Origin: the human T2T-CHM13v2.0 reference genome, Homo sapiens
Assembly: GCF_009914755.1 (NCBI RefSeq)
Contig: NC_060931.1
Direction: 5' to 3' (one strand)
Length of the DNA stretch: 64,000 nucleotides
Both the position numbers and the translations under genes were made by a program. Shown here one piece after another: positions 1 through 64,000 of the stretch. Each line of letters opens with the position of its first letter. Within the stretch, counting starts at the first letter, position 1. The notes under the pieces are model-generated. The model was not told the origin of the DNA. It saw nothing but the letters and a program-made list of their open reading frames with translations, and made no database searches.

Positions 1-626
<626 letters not shown>

Positions 627-1407
627 TGATGACTTGATGGCAGATTTATGGCGATTAAAGATGAGAAAAAGTGGTAACAGCAGTAGGCAGAAAATTGCCC
701 TAGTTTCATGTTCTGACTGTGATAGTGGCAATATGACCTTGACAAATCACTGCATTTGTAAAATGAGAACACATCTCTGTTTTCTTTCGCTGGGGAATTA
801 AAGGAAAAGTGAGATTATGAAGAAATACTATGAATTTTCAGAAATAATGAAAGTGTACGCTAAGTGAATGTCTAATTATAGAAACATATATGCCTTTGTT
901 GTCCATTTCGCCTAAGCCACATTTTAATGGAAATTTACTTAGACTTGGGGGAGAGGGAGAGGGAAAGAAAACCAGACAAATTCACTTAGTTTTATCCAAG
1001 AGAAAAAGAATGGGACCTAAGCTGTTAGGCCAAATAATTTCTATAATTTACCTATTCACTTGCTTGATACGGCCTTTACTTCCGTCTCTAGTCAGGGACC
1101 CTTGTGTTGGGAATCAGATTTGCTTCTGTTTGTTCAAATATATGGGGATAAGTGTTTTGTTTGTTTTGTTTTTGTTTTTTTTTTTTGAGATAGAGTCTTG
1201 CTTTGTTGTTTGGGTTGGAGTGCTGTGGCGTGATTTTGGCTCACTGCAACCTCCACCTACTGGATTCAATTGATTCTCGTGCCTCAGCCTCCTGAGTGAC
1301 TGGAATTACAGATGGTACACCACCATGCCTGGCTAATTTTTGTATTTTTAGTAGAGACAGTGTTTCGCCACATTGCCCAGGATGGTCTCGAACTCCTGGC
1401 CTCATGA

Positions 1408-1714
<307 letters not shown>

Positions 1715-2732
1715 TGATCTCGAACTCCTGACCTCAAGAGATCCACCCGCCTCGGCCTTCCAAAGGGCTGGGATTACAGGCGTGAGCCACCACGCCCAGT
1801 GGATTATGGTTTTTATTATAAAGCGCAACTTCCTAAGTATGTATGCTTCGTTACTTGTTGATGGGTAATCTGGGCTAGCAGTTAATTCACATGGTAACAG
1901 ATAAAGCTAGATCACAGTCTTTAATAATAGGGAAATAGAGCATCCTCTTTAATAATAGGGAAAAGATTTACTGACATTTTTAGGCATAACAGTTTTCTGC
2001 TGACAGCTCCTCAGCTGCTTGTCCACGTTCTCCAGAACCCTGGGGCTTTAGTTAAGGAATACTCGGGTGTTGTCAGTAAATTAATTTGTTTTTACAGTTA
2101 CTATTCTTGTTTCCAGTGTTTAATTTTTAAATTTTTCAGTTATCTTTCCATATTAAGTTTATTTAATTATTCAATAGCTCCCTAAAAGTAGAATTAATTC
2201 AACTAAATTAAAAGGGACAATTTTTAATAGGCATCTAATTTGCATGCTATTTACAGAAAACCTTTTTAGTGTTTCAGTTTTAGAAATTTGCTTTAGATTT
2301 TGCCATCTTAGTATGTCTTTATATGGTGTATTGTTTTGGTTTTATTTTGGTAAAATATACATAATTTTTTTGTGTGTGTGACAGGCTCACTCTGTCACCA
2401 AGGCTCCAGTGAGGTGGCGTGATCTCGGCTCACTGCAACCTCCGTCTCCCAGGTTCAAGCGATTCCCCTGTCTCAGACTCTTGAGTAGCCGGGATTACAG
2501 GCGCCCACCACCCTGCCTGGCTCATTTTTGTATTTTTAGTAGAGGCAGAGTTTTGCCATGTTGGCCAGGCTAATCTCGAACTCCCGACCTCAGGTGATCC
2601 ACCTGCCTCGGCCTCCCAAAGAGCTGGGATTAGAGACATGAGCCACCACGCCTGGCCAGTATGTTTTTATATGGTGTGTTGTTTTCATTTTATTTTGGTA
2701 AAATATACTTAACATAAAATTTACACTTCTAA

Positions 2733-3047
<315 letters not shown>

Positions 3048-3308
3048 TAGCATCTCTGTCCTGTGTTGAGTTGTGGTTGCCCGTCACTGGGCTGTAAAGT
3101 GCCTTGCCTCGTCTTGTTCTTACTTGGGAGAAATTTCACTGATTCTGGGTGCCACCTGGATTTATTTGGGGTGTGATATTGACCCAATTTTCTGGAAATA
3201 ACAATATATAGAAAATTAGGGGATAGATTCTTTATCTTATGAGGGTTTGGGCAAGTCAAATACTTAGTTTCTGAGCCTTATTTTGTCTCTAGAGCAAGAA
3301 AACTGTAA

Positions 3309-63743
<60,435 letters not shown>

Positions 63744-64000
63744 TAAGGAAACTGGATGAAGTGGGATTAGCATGAGTTGATTGTGTTTGACACTGGGAGA
63801 TGGGTATGTGGGTTTGTGTTTGTGGCAGGGCTGAATTAGCTCTGGAGTCAGAAAAACTGCTTTTTAAGCTGCACTCTTGTATATGTTTAAAACTTCTGGC
63901 CAGGTGCGATGGCTCACACCTGTAATCCCAGCACTTTGGGAGGCCAAAGCAGGTGGATTACCTGAGGTCAGAAGTTCAAGACCAACCTGGCCAACATGAT

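Noticed and set aside
1918-1963. Short direct repeats (TCTTTAATAATAGGGAAA x2; similar pairs near 13096-13147 and 27336-27381)
   Set aside because: Ordinary slippage micro-duplications in AT-rich intron.

Overview
Human (primate) genomic DNA covering most of GTF2I (TFII-I, 7q11.23, Williams-Beuren region) on the + strand. I traced 25 consecutive coding exons (conventional exons 2-26) from the ATG at 3408 to 63742. All have GT-AG boundaries and join into one open frame of 2420 nt (about 806 aa of the longest isoform). This covers the N-terminal leucine zipper, I-repeats R1-R5 and both alternative cassette exons (A = exon 10, B = exon 12). Non-coding exon 1 and the 3' exons lie outside the window. 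The introns are very Alu-dense (roughly 60-70 elements or fragments, counted by eye). They also hold an Alu-interrupted Tigger1 transposon, a MER51-type LTR, MER33, MADE1, L1 and MIR remnants, several microsatellites and an antisense prohibitin (PHB1) retrocopy. Nearly all ORFs in the supplied track are Alu or low-complexity artefacts. I see no convincing wholly new biological system. The best leads are a stop-free, in-frame, CpG-rich intron 25; Gly-stop read-through donors with intronic poly(A) signals at exons 11/12; an Alu-free zone around the alternative exons; and several unusual retro-insertion structures. Repeat family names come from recalled consensus sequences and their edges are approximate.
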